A DNA stretch of 39,728 nucleotides, taken from contig NC_068984.1 in the NCBI RefSeq assembly GCF_001194135.2, forward strand, positions 118,413,280 to 118,453,007. The letters are read 5' to 3'. This document shows, piece by piece, positions 12,880-23,658 of the stretch. A program made the translations under genes and the position numbers. The notes beneath the pieces were generated by a model. It was not told the DNA's origin. It did not search any database and saw nothing but the letters and a program-made list of their open reading frames with translations. Origin of the DNA: Octopus bimaculoides (taxonomy: Eukaryota). Numbering within the stretch: the stretch's first letter is position 1; every line of letters begins with the position of its first letter.

Positions 12880-13620
12880 TCTAAAATGCACCTCGCAGAT
12901 CTTTAAAGTACTTTTTATAAAATCCCTCTTCGGACATAAAAAGGGATTCAACTGCCTTTGAGGTTGATGGTAGCAATTATTTCAATACATTAAATTTGCC
13001 TTTTTTGTTATGAAAAATGCATCCATCATTTTCCAAGGTACACTGACTGGTTTTAAAACCAATAATAAGTAAGTCATATCTGTTGTTATTCCTGACACGT
13101 TTCTCTAGGAAGAAACATTTAAGAAACATGTCAAGAATATGTAACGACTTCAAATACGCGTTAAAAATTATGTACTTGTTTTGAATGCTGATAACTTAGT
13201 ATATAAAAAATCTAGTAATATATTCTTCGGATATCAGATTATCAAACATTCATTCTTCCGATTCTCAACAACTGGGACTATTATTGAAACTTAAAGTTCC
13301 TTCAAATTCTATGAGCTTGTCCAAGATTATATCATTATTCAATTATTATGCAGGATGGCTACCAAGATATCCTGACATTATACGAATTCTTTCTGATTCG
13401 TCTTATTTGCTATTATACACTAAAACGATTGTGGCTTTTGGAAAGCTGAAAGAAGTAATTGCTAATTCTGCACTTCGGCGGCAACTCTCTCCTATGAGGT
13501 TCGATCAGTAGATTTCATTTCACGCTCGCTCAATAAGTATGAAAGACAAGGTCCTTCTAACGAAAAGGAAGCAGCAATTATTATTGAAAGCTTACGTGTA
13601 TGGAAACATTTTTACTATAA
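12880..13620 (+). mobile_element. Degenerate Gypsy/Ty3 LTR retrotransposon pol relic, RT-RNaseH
   Basis: Decayed motifs in order: DL*STFYKIPL, TAFEVDG, NASIIFQ, FFGYQI, LSKIISLFNYYAGWLP, and RNaseH FISRSLNKYER...EKEAAIIIESLRVWKHF. No LTRs seen. Confidence 0.7.
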
Positions 13621-13695
13621 AGAACTCATTATTGATAATAAAGCAATGATTATACGATGGTGAATGCATATATGCTCATACACACACACACACAC

Positions 13696-13757
<62 letters not shown>

Positions 13758-13789
13758 TTGCCCTCTTTGTTATGAAAAATGCATATGTA

Positions 13790-14667
13790 ATCGGAAACGT
13801 TCTCTGTGGGGCAACCACGTTGCAGTTCAGGCGTTCGCCGCTAGAAATCACTTGATGCGACCCTCAGGCATCAGTATACCGACCGGTGTCGTCGAGTGTT
13901 GTCTTACCGCCACGTGGTGCGCCTTTGTCTTGTAGTGTTTCTCCCCTGTTCGTCGATTTTTACAATGGCTGAAACGAAGGAACAGCGTGCTTTCGTGAAA
14001 TTCTATTTTCTGCTGGGGAAAACGGCGACTGAAACAGTTGTTATGCTTCTTACAGCTTACAAGGACGCTGCCTTAATCAAAACACAAGTTGACGAGTGGT
14101 TTTCATGTTTTAGGAATGGTCACTTGTCGCTTGGAGACCAGCCTGGTTCAGGACCTCCATCGACCCCTCGAACGAATGAAAATATCATGAAAATTTATGA
14201 ACTGATCTTGGAGGATCATCACCGAACAATTGACGAACTGGTTGATATGACTGCTGTGCCCTAGAACTCTTGCCAACGAATTTTGAGCGAGGAATTGTGA
14301 ATGAAAAGAGTTGCAGCAAAATTTGTACCTTGCTTGCTCACAGATCAAAATCATTCACGATTGAATGCGTGTTGTGAACTGAAAGAACAGCTGGAAATTA
14401 TCCGGTGCTATTTTCGAAGGTCTTCACTGGTGACGAAAGCTAGTGATACGGAATTTGCAGACGTGGAAGAAGTGAAGAAAAAAAAAACAACGGAGGTGTT
14501 AAAATGCATTCACTTTACAAGAGTTCCAGCACTGCTTCGAACAGTGGATAACGCTCTGGACCGATGCATTGCTTCAAATGGAGAAAGCGATAAAAGTGTA
14601 AACATATAAAACTAAGTAAATAAAATAATATTGCAAAATTCCGGTTTCTTTTGGGTCCCTCCTCGTA
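13790..14667 (+). mobile_element. Internally deleted mariner element
   Basis: MAETKEQRAFVKFYFLLGKTATET...EWFSCFRNG, then MKRVAAKFVP.LL and DRCIASNGE. Right TIR ...AATTCCGGTTTCTTTTGGGTCCCTCCTCG|TA ends at 14665-14667. Confidence 0.88.
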
Positions 14668-14670
14668 TAT

Positions 14671-15025
14671 GGAGGTTCCAGTTGATCCGATCAATGGAAC
14701 AGCCTGCTCGTGAAATTAACGTGCAAGTGGCTGAGCACTCCACAGACACGTGTACTCTTAACGTAGTTCTCGGGGATATTCAGCGTGACACAGTGTGACA
14801 AGGCTGACCCTTTGAATTACAGACACAACAGAAACGGGAAGTAAGAGTGAGAGAAAGTTGTGGTGGAAGAGTACAGCAGGGTTCGCCACCATCCCCTACC
14901 GGAGCCTCGTGGAGCTTTAGGTGTTTTCGCTCAATAAACACTCACAACGCCCGGTCCAGGAATCGAAACTGCGATCCTATGACTGCGAGTCCGCTGGCCT
15001 AACCACTGGGCCATTGCGCCTCCAC
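14671..15025 (-). mobile_element. SINE family B, tail truncated
   Basis: Reverse complement of the 1698-2085 element. It abuts the mariner right terminus. Confidence 0.85.
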
Positions 15026-15049
15026 ACACACATACATATATATGTATGT

Positions 15050-15168
<119 letters not shown>

Positions 15169-15693
15169 TATACACACAGAAATACATACACACGCATGTA
15201 CGCACGCACACACGCGCACTAACACATGCATACAAACATGATGATGGCCGTCCACTCGTGACCGAGGAAAACTATTGCTGACCTTTAGGAACATTGCGAC
15301 CCCTTTGGTGGCTAAAAAGCCTTGACCAGCATACACGACAGCAAACATTTCAAGGCAAGCCCCTATGCTTGCAATGCGCTTTCGAGCAGCCCGCTTAAAT
15401 TCTTTATATATATATATATATATACATATGGTGGTGGTTGTCTACTCCTTACACAGAGTTTGACCACCTTCTGCACCTACACCTTAGCCCTTTCATGGCG
15501 TCTGATGTGGCTTTTTAAACCAGACAGTGTTTTGAAAAAACACCCACACAGATTGCACCTCTGATTTGCACCATCAATACCTGCAAGTAAGTTCTGCTCA
15601 CTGTGGATCCTAACATGTCTTTTAATATATATATTACGTCATATGTAAACAAACAAGTTTGTTTTTGAAGCGCGCTGAAATATATTGTTGTAC

Positions 15694-15731
<38 letters not shown>

Positions 15732-16803
15732 TGTAGATGGATGGATGGATGGATGGACGGACGGACGGACGGACGGACGTATGATGGAGGTGTACACTCA
15801 GACTGCAGTAAGAGTAATAAAAAAAAAAGACATCAAAAACCTTGTATGTACGTAACAACGAATTCAATTACCTCATGCAAATTTAATGTTATGTCCCTGA
15901 AAAGCTCTGAGCGTAGGTGAAATTTAAAACAATAAGTTATTTGAAACAAGAAAGATAACTCTTTCAAGCATACTAAAGTTTTTTTGTTTTGTTTTCGTTT
16001 TCTGTTATTTATAGTATCCTTCAGCTATTTTAACTGCTTCCAGATAATGGGTTGTGCGTACGTAGGAGCACGCTATCGATATTATTGCAGCTTTCGGCAA
16101 CATAATTGGTTATTAATTATTAATTTCGAGTTAATATATAATATTGATTTCTCTTAAGAAGCACAAGGCTTCGTATTCATAATGAAATTATACACATTGG
16201 TGTTCATATTTTTTCGATTGTTCTCTTCAAACAGTTAATTATCAATATAAATATAGTGAAATGGATTATAAGTGATCACGGAAGTAGAGTCACGATTGTA
16301 TTTATTGTACAATAGCTGAAGAGGCTGACTGCCAAAGTTAATACGTCAAATACATCGATTGTTACAGATTGTTTTGTGTGTGTGTGTGTGTTTTGAGGGA
16401 ATTTGTTCTATTCTGGACTCGTTATGACGTAAGCACTGTGAATGGAACGAAGAAGACAAAAACTTGTGAAAGTCCGTCACATGGTTCGTACATGAAGTTC
16501 ATACGGTTTCGTTTTATCACAGTGGGACGCTGAAATCTGCCTGAGAATTATAATGTTGAGGGTACGAGTGTGTGTGAGACAGATATTCAACCACTTACTC
16601 TTATACTCCAATGAATAAATTCAAAATAGGATAAAAATCTTTTACAAGAATTTTATCAGGAAGCTAGTGTGTAAAAAATTCATAAGGGAAATTTCTATTC
16701 CCAAGAATATAATTATTCGTTTATATTTATATAAGGGCATTACTACAGAATAATGCCACACACTAGACTTCCCAAATAAATACATTTTATTACCGAATGC
16801 GAG

Positions 16804-17056
16804 GAAAAGCAACTCTTAAAAAAAACAACCTTTTTTAAAAATAATAAACTCAGCTACGTATCGACCGATTTCACGATTACCAGAATAAAATCTAGTTTTC
16901 ACTCGTCAGCACAGTACAGTAAAGATATATAAAAATAAACAAAATCCTCGCCTTACCAAAACGAACACCTTATGTATCCGACATAGCAAACGGAATAATG
17001 TTTATCCCTATACATCTCTGCAAAAAAAGGTTGGTTTTTTTTAAGAGTTGCTTTTC
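16804..17056. repeat. Inverted repeat with ~34-bp arms
   Basis: GAAAAGCAACTCTTAAAAAAAACAACCTTTTTT at 16804-16836 and its near-exact reverse complement at 17022-17056. Confidence 0.75.
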
Positions 17057-17132
17057 TTTATACTCCAATGAGTAGATAATTCAATCGATTGAACAACCAA
17101 ATACTTTGATACAAACATGGCTATTTTAATTA

Positions 17133-17352
17133 CCCTTTAGCATTTACATAACTCTCTTAAATGTAATCCTTATTTATTCACATTGTTTTGAATTAACTAT
17201 GCATTATCTTGAAGCGTTGAGATTTTGATGGTGTAACTGATTATTTTTGTAATGACACTTTACGGTTGGGGTGACAGGCCAGATTTGTTCAATTTGAACA
17301 TAAAAACTGTAGAATATTTGGGCTGGATACGGCCGGTTTAAATGCTAAAGGG
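17133..17352 (-). mobile_element. piggyBac-like MITE, opposite orientation
   Basis: CCCTTTAGCATT ... AATGCTAAAGGG. The interior is the reverse complement of the 27957 copy. Confidence 0.72.
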
Positions 17353-17486
17353 TTTATACTGCTTTTATTGCGTATAAAGGATTTCTATTAAGATGGTCAG
17401 CTATTCGCAATATCAATGAATACTTATTCACTGTTTCCTAAATATCGGACCCGACAAATCTCGTCTAGGCATAAGGCTGGCTGTGA

Positions 17487-17537
17487 GGAGACACCATTGA
17501 CAAGGTCCAGAGAGGCCGAAATACGTCTAGCGTTTTC
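17487..17537 (+). ncRNA. Possible highly decayed minimal hammerhead motif
   Basis: GGAGACACCA-TTGACAA-GGTC(CAGAGA)GGCC-GAAA-TACGTC-TAGCGTTTTC. The core has two transitions relative to CTGACGA. Stem I pairs at 8/10 positions including G-U. Confidence 0.3.
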
Positions 17538-18108
17538 GTTAGCCATTATTGGGACAATGTTTGTCTCCTTCCAGTATATATTGCCTTTTTAAACACAGCA
17601 CGGCTTTAAGAGATGTTATCTCTGGACGAACACTGCATTAATTTGCTTTTCAACAATTTATGATACAAAGTATGATACGTACATGGTTATTTTAATTTGA
17701 TACTTTTTTAATGCATATAACATATACAATGTGTAATATTGTGATAGCGAGAAGCCCTACAGAAAACTTGCTTTCCAGTTTGCAACGTCTTCCAAAAGGC
17801 ATCTTCTCTGGTAAGCTCGTGGTATGTTGCACACACAGACTGGACATTCTGTTTGCAGCTGTTGAGGGACGAGCTGTATCCATGTTTGTTGTTTTCCTAT
17901 ATCTTTTTTATTCGACTTCTTTTTTTAGCTTATTCTTTTTTATTTGATTGTAACCTCTTATTCACTTTTTCTTTTTTCCCTACTCTCTTTGTCAGACTAT
18001 CAATATATATAATTACTATTATAAAAACCAGGAGAGCAGATGGAGATAAGATTAATAAAATTTATTAATTCATTGATAAGACCTACAATTGTTTCAATTC
18101 ATCGCTTG

Positions 18109-18269
18109 TACATTATTTACATTTGACGGATATTTGTCCTCATCTTGTTTGTTGTTAGCACAACGTTTCGGCTGATATGCCCTCCAGACTTCATCGGGTG
18201 TCTTGGGGAAATTTCGAACCTGGGTTCTCATTCCTAAGGTATTTTTCGATGTTGTTGCTGTTGTTGTTA

Positions 18270-18329
<60 letters not shown>

Positions 18330-18440
18330 TCACTGCTTGGAATCGAATTCGGAATCTTGGGGTTAGTAGCCCGCGCTCTTAACCACTACGCCATATGCCC
18401 GTGGGCATATGGGCGTAGTGGTTCTAAATATAGAACTATA
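18109..18440 (-). mobile_element. Composite non-autonomous retroelement: tRNA-like head, (AAT)n tract, hammerhead-bearing Penelope-like tail and inverted head duplication
   Basis: 10-bp TSD TCATCGCTTG at 18099-18108 and 18441-18450. A box TGGCGTAGTGG and near-B box ATTCGATTCC. Palindrome at 18381-18423. Confidence 0.75.
18158..18201 (-). ncRNA. Minimal type I hammerhead ribozyme motif, probably inactive in this copy
   Basis: Minus strand reads ACAC-CCGATGA-A-GTCTG(GAGGGCATAT)CAGCC-GAAA-CGT-T-GTGC. The core differs from CUGANGA only at U4. Stem II pairs at 4/5 positions, stem III is the palindrome ACGT, and stem I pairs at 3/4. Confidence 0.6.
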
Positions 18441-18969
18441 TCATCGCTTGCAGTATAAAATCAATCAAATTTAATTTAATTTATGTGCATATGCGTATAT
18501 ATGTATATACGGAATACCTAGTTATTTCACTTCTCTACTCCCATAATTTAATAACCAATCTATTAGGGATTTTTACATATCACCATTTATCGTAGTTTTG
18601 CATGGGTATGTCTGCATTAACATTATTGTTATTTATATTAATTTATGACAATAACTATTTTTATAACTTTTTATAACTGTATATAATTTTATATTATTTA
18701 TTAATTTTAATGGTTCACTGAATTTATCCTGTTTGATCATTTAATGTTTTCATTATATTTTGAATATGATGTACATAAATTTCTTTGTACGCTCTTCCCT
18801 GGTGATATTCTGAGTTGTGATAATTAACCCAATTGATTTAATTAAATTAAATCAAATTTGATTGATTTTATATTACAAGCAACGAATTGAAACAACTGTA
18901 GGTCTTGGCAATGTATTAATAATTTTTTTATTAATCTTATATACTTCTTCTTTCTATGTTTTTATAATA

Positions 18970-19023
<54 letters not shown>

Positions 19024-19498
19024 NNNNNNNNNNNNNNNNNNNNNNNNNNNNNNNNNNNNNNNNNNNNNNNNNNNNNNNNNNNNNNNNNNNNNNNNNNNNN
19101 NNNNNNNNNNNNNNNGAGAGAGAGAGAGAGAGAGAGAGAGAGCAGACTCCTCGGATTTTAAATGTTTATTGTATGACTTACAGATATCTATATATATAAA
19201 ACTCAGTGTGTGTGTGTGTAAACTTGCATACCTTCTGAAATTTGCAACTGATTTTCTTCAAACTGAGAACATACATTACTTATATTCCAGAGATGATTTT
19301 AGACTCTTAAAATTTTTTAACATAATGAATAATGGGGCCTCTGAGGTCCTAAAACCTTCTTTCCTGGGGTGAGTACGACTACTTTGGAGAAGGGTGGTAA
19401 TTTGCTAAGATATTGATATAATTTGCCTTTTTCTATTGACATTTCATTATTAACGTACAATTATCATCTTAGTTTATTATGTCATATTTCTTGACATA

Positions 19499-19690
19499 AT
19501 GTCTCCAAAAAAAGAGATCCTCCATTGGTCGAGAAACGACGGTAGCAGAGAAATTGAAAAGAGGAGCGAATGAATTATCACATGAGACTTCAATTAGACA
19601 ATCGCAAAATGCTGCATATACAGCTATTGCAAGAGCAATGGAAAGCGATGATCAGTGTAGTATTCGCCTAGCCAGGAATGCTGCATTAAC
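19499..19690 (+). mobile_element. Probable Helitron Rep N-terminal fragment
   Basis: MSPKK, then after a frameshift RSSIGRETTVAEKLKRGANE...RQSQNAAYTAIARAMESDDQCSIRLARNAALTASA. This resembles the RA-x-E-S...RL repeats at animal Helitron N-termini. The resemblance is recalled, not searched. Confidence 0.4.
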
Positions 19691-20123
19691 GGCATCAGCC
19701 AATCCACTTTCCTTATCACGTCCTTTCTTTCGTGAAGATTTCTCTCATTTGGTGCTGTTGAGCGCGCCTACAAGCTTAATTTATCACATAGATGTAGTTT
19801 CTATGTCTCTGCTGGTTGTTCAGTGTGGTAGCAGCAGCGCCGACAACCGCAAAGAGAGTATTTCCACTGAGAGTTTTTTGGTACGTTCAAAAATCACATA
19901 CTCACCACCGACTCTTCCATGACAAGGCTGGGGCCTGGAATCTTCCAAACAGACGCATGACATCTCACTTAGTCGAATTAGCCCTTCATTTACTCCACAA
20001 ATGTTTTGTCATCAATGTTGCACTTCTCCGTATCACATGTTTCAACTTAACTGTACCATATATACAGGCTATGAAATATCAACCGTATCAATCTCAATAA
20101 TAATTAACGTAGCTGTTCTTTTA

Positions 20124-20338
20124 AAGGAGATAAGCTGGCAGAATCGTTAGTACTCTGGGCGAATTGCTTGGTAGCATTTCGTCCATCTTTACGTCCCGTG
20201 TTCAAATTCCGCCGGCGTCGACTTTGCTTTCCAGCCTTTCGGAATCAATAAAATAAGTAGCAGTTAAACACTAAGGTCGATGCAACTGATTCATCCCCTG
20301 CCCGGAAAGTGCTGTCCTTGTGCCAAAATTTGAAATCA
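20124..20338 (+). mobile_element. SINE family C
   Basis: Head AGCTGGCAGAATCGTTAG, then GTTCAAATTCCGCCG.CGTCGACTTTGC. Related copies lie at 24650, 25790, 35370 and 38733. Confidence 0.75.
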
Positions 20339-20592
20339 CTGTAGCTGTACTTTACATTTTTTATATATATATATATTCTTCAAACGTGTTTTTGTTTAAA
20401 GACTTTGTGTGATAAAGTGCTGTACATATTAAGATGTCTATCCATGAATCTACATCAATGAAACGCACTTCAGATATATTTCGGTCGGTACTACTTAAAT
20501 ACAGATATGTGTGTGCATGTATGTATATGCATAAATATGTGTGCGCGTGCGCGCAGGTGTATGTGCTTGTGGCTCCGAGTATCGTTTCTGTG

Positions 20593-20835
20593 CGAGATGG
20601 TACCAAAAAGTTCCCGGATTAGTTATGTTTTATATTTAAAAAATTACTTATTTACCCGAGTTTTAACATCATCTCTTTCGAAATAGTCACCTTGTGCAGC
20701 AATACACCGGTCCCAGCGTTCCTCCACTTTTAGAATCCGGCCTGGAAGTCGTTTTTCGTAAACGAGTCGAGGACCTTCTGCGATTCACTCTGAATCTCGG
20801 CAACCGTGTTAAAACGGTGACCTTTGTCGCCAAAA
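20593..20835 (-). mobile_element. Mariner 3' fragment with terminal repeat
   Basis: Minus strand reads KGHRFNTVAEIQSESQKVLDS and ERWDRCIAAQGDYFE. Terminus CGAGATGGTACCAAAAAGTTCCCGG. Confidence 0.8.
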
Positions 20836-21519
20836 TAATACCGTGTATGTTATTATTTAGTTGTATTTCTAGGTTTTTTGCAAATGGGGATAGAGCTGGT
20901 TTCTAATATACATCCAAGACACAGTCATTGGAATTTCGACATCAACAGGCTTGTTGTGCAATTATGTGTGTATATGTAAGAGTATTCGGAGTCAGTGCAT
21001 GTGCAAATCTACATATTTTATTTTATATATGTATACGCATACATACTTGGATGGATGGATGGATGGATGGATGGATGGATGGATGGAGGGAGGGANNNNN
21101 NNNNNNNNNNNNNNNNNNNNNNNNNNNNNNNNNNNNNNNNNNNNNNNNNNNNNNNNNNNNNNNNNNNNNNNNNNNNNNNNNNNNNNNNNNNNNNNNNNNN
21201 NNNNNNNNNNNNNNNNNAGGAGGGGGGGATGGATTAAACATTGTATATCATTTTGTTCCTATTTCATCTTCCTTCAAGACATAAATTACTGAGATGATGA
21301 AATGATTAAAACATAATTTCGCCCAAGCATAAGAAAAATATGCATTGAAGAAATTGTTCCAGTAAACATGGTATTTTATACAAGAGAAAATAAAGATATA
21401 ACTTCTTTGAGAGTACTAATCATTTCCTGTTAATCGGGCAGATTTTGTCAGATTAACGGGAAATAATTCCCAAATAAATATTACGGCATCATGAGTTATT
21501 TCCCTTGTAATAATTATAA

Positions 21520-21830
21520 AAGTCGTCATCGACGTCGTTGTCATGTATTGTATGCCTACAGTGAATGTCTTCTAGATTAAGACCGTGTTCTGCAAAGCAG
21601 TTCGTAATATTGCCCATCCATTTTGTTCTTTGCCTGCCCCGAATATAGCCATAATAGATTAGCTTGTGTTTTTTTTCACGATGTTCGGGAGTTGTCGTCT
21701 TTCAATTTTATTTGTTCAAAACTGCGTTTAACATGTTCTTCTCCCGTACAAATAAGGGATTTCTGGCTGTATTTTCATGTTGCGTTATCCGTCGGAATGA
21801 TTTAGAATCAATATCCTTTTATTTCATCTT
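21520..21830 (-). mobile_element. Very decayed RTE-type 3' relic
   Basis: Motif RGRQRTKWMGNIT on the minus strand near 21620. Confidence 0.4.
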
Positions 21831-21839
21831 ACCATGGCA

Positions 21840-22490
21840 CTTTACGATCAGTTCCTGCCGTCTTACTGCTGCCAGGACCTTTTCAATAGGGTAGAGCAAA
21901 GTATCATCAGAGACGACTACTCTGACGACAGCCGGTGTTAGGGGTGGAAGACTGTGGGCGCGCGAATGAGAGAGTGGCCCTGGCTAGTGCCGTTGTCGGC
22001 AGGCCGCCTCGATCAGCAACAGTACTGAGGAGACTGAAGGTATGTAGAGCAAAATAAAACAGTCATTTCCAATCGCTAGGTCGACCAGAGTTCAGGGCTT
22101 TTTCAATTGAGGATGCAAGGGAACCAGCCACCAGTACCCGGGGCCGCTTTCGGGATCTTAAGAGAGATCTTCGGAAGCCTCCCAAGTCGAGCAATAATGA
22201 TCAGCGAGAGTTGGGCGTCAGACAGGTATGTAGTCTCATCTGAGGGTGTGGTGAATGGCCGTTGCCACGCAGCTGAGGTGCGGGCGGCAGGGCAGCTGCT
22301 GCATCACCACACTGAGGGTACATTCAAGCTCCGCGGTGTAAGACTAACGCAAAAGAGATGATGGAAACAGCCACACCCCAAACAGTGCATGCCTCTCTCC
22401 CGCCTACTGGTGGTGGCACAACTGCTGCAGATAGCTCCCTGTGTGGGTGCGGTGTGGGGCGTACAATCGGGGACTGGAGCACTATTCGAT
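21840..22490 (-). mobile_element. GC-rich non-LTR retrotransposon N-terminal relic with PHD finger
   Basis: C4HC3 pattern CSSC-x11-CLGC-x4-H-x2-C-x13-W*CSSC (22429-22292). It is followed by LKIPKAA/RVLVAGSL...DWK*LFYF and VVRVVVSDDTLL, with stops and frameshifts. Confidence 0.55.
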
Positions 22491-22500
22491 AACGAGAGTG

Positions 22501-22906
22501 TTACTCTCTTTTTACTCTTACTTGTTTCAGTCATTTGACTGCGGCCGTGCTGGAGCAAATCGACCCCAGGACTTATTCTTTGTAAGCCTAGTACTTATTC
22601 TATCGGTCTCTTTTGCCGAACCGCTAAGTTACGGGGACGTAAACACACCACCATCGAATGTCAAGCGATGTTGAGGGGGGTGGCAAACACAGACGCACAA
22701 ACATATACACACACATATATACATATATACGATGGGTTTCTTTCGGAAAGACTTTCAGTTTCCGTCTACCAAATCCACTCACAAGGTTTTGGTTGGCCCG
22801 AGGCTAAAGTAGAAAACACTTGCCCAATGTACCATGCAGTGGGACTGAACCCGGAACCATGTGGTTGGGAAGCAAGTTTCTTACCATACAGCCACGCCTG
22901 CGCCTA
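22501..22906 (-). mobile_element. SINE family A, near full length
   Basis: Reverse complement of the family A head, core and TAAAAGAG-type tail. Confidence 0.85.
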
Positions 22907-22919
22907 ATTGTCTAAGATA

Positions 22920-23230
22920 TTTGTTAAAAGGAAGAGATCTTGCTTTCCAGGTCGAACCACTACTTCTTCGCATTGAGATGTCACAGTTACGGTACTATGG
23001 ACAATTGATGAGAACATCGCAGGAAAGAATCACAAGAATCACAGATTCGCCAAGTTGAGCCAATTGGCAGGAGACCCACGGGTAGACAAAGAACGAAATG
23101 GTTGGATAATAATATCCATAGCCTCTGTTGATCACGCTTGAGAATCCAGCTAGAAAATCTGACGACGGTTGCTTCTGATATGAAGGATGTACCAGGGGAC
23201 TCCATCCCCATGGCTCTCCTGGGAGAACAT
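22920..23230 (+). mobile_element. RTE-clade (Rex3/Expander-like) LINE 3' relic
   Basis: VEPLLLRIEMSQLRYYGQLMR, then after a frameshift PIGRRPTGRQRTKWLDN. Confidence 0.7.
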
Positions 23231-23264
23231 ATCTTCCTTTAAACTTTGTATATGAATAAACAGA

Positions 23265-23658
23265 GTGGAGGCGCAATGGCCCAGTGGTTAGGGCAGCGGA
23301 CTCGCGGTCATAGGGTCGCAGTTTCGATTCCCAGACCGGGCGTTGTGAGTGTTTACTGAGCGAAAACATCTAAAGCTCCACGAGGCTCCGGCAGGGGATG
23401 GTGGCGAACCCTGTTGTACTCTTTCACCACAGCTTTCTCTCACTCTCACTCTTACTTCCTGTTTCTGTTGTGCCTGTAATTCAAAGGGTCAGCCTTGTCA
23501 CACTGTGTCACGCTGAATATCCCCGAAAACTACGTTAAGGGTACACGTGTCTGTGGAGTGCTCAGCCACTTGCACGTTAATTTCACGAGCAGGCTGTTCC
23601 GTTGATCGGATCAACTGGAACCCTCGACGTCGTAAGCGACGGAGTGCCAACAAAATAT
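23265..23658 (+). mobile_element. SINE family B, full length
   Basis: Same head and body as the 1698 copy. TSD TGAATAAACAGAG at 23253-23265 and 23659-23671. Confidence 0.88.

Noticed and set aside
13770-13805. TTATGAA...GGAAACGTT as a third hammerhead
   Set aside because: It has no CUGANGA core and no stem II or stem I pairing.
17745-17885. Possible exon (EKPY..., donor-like GGTAAG at ~17811, and several short open frames)
   Set aside because: There is no C2H2 pattern after EKPY, no recognisable homology and no partner exons.
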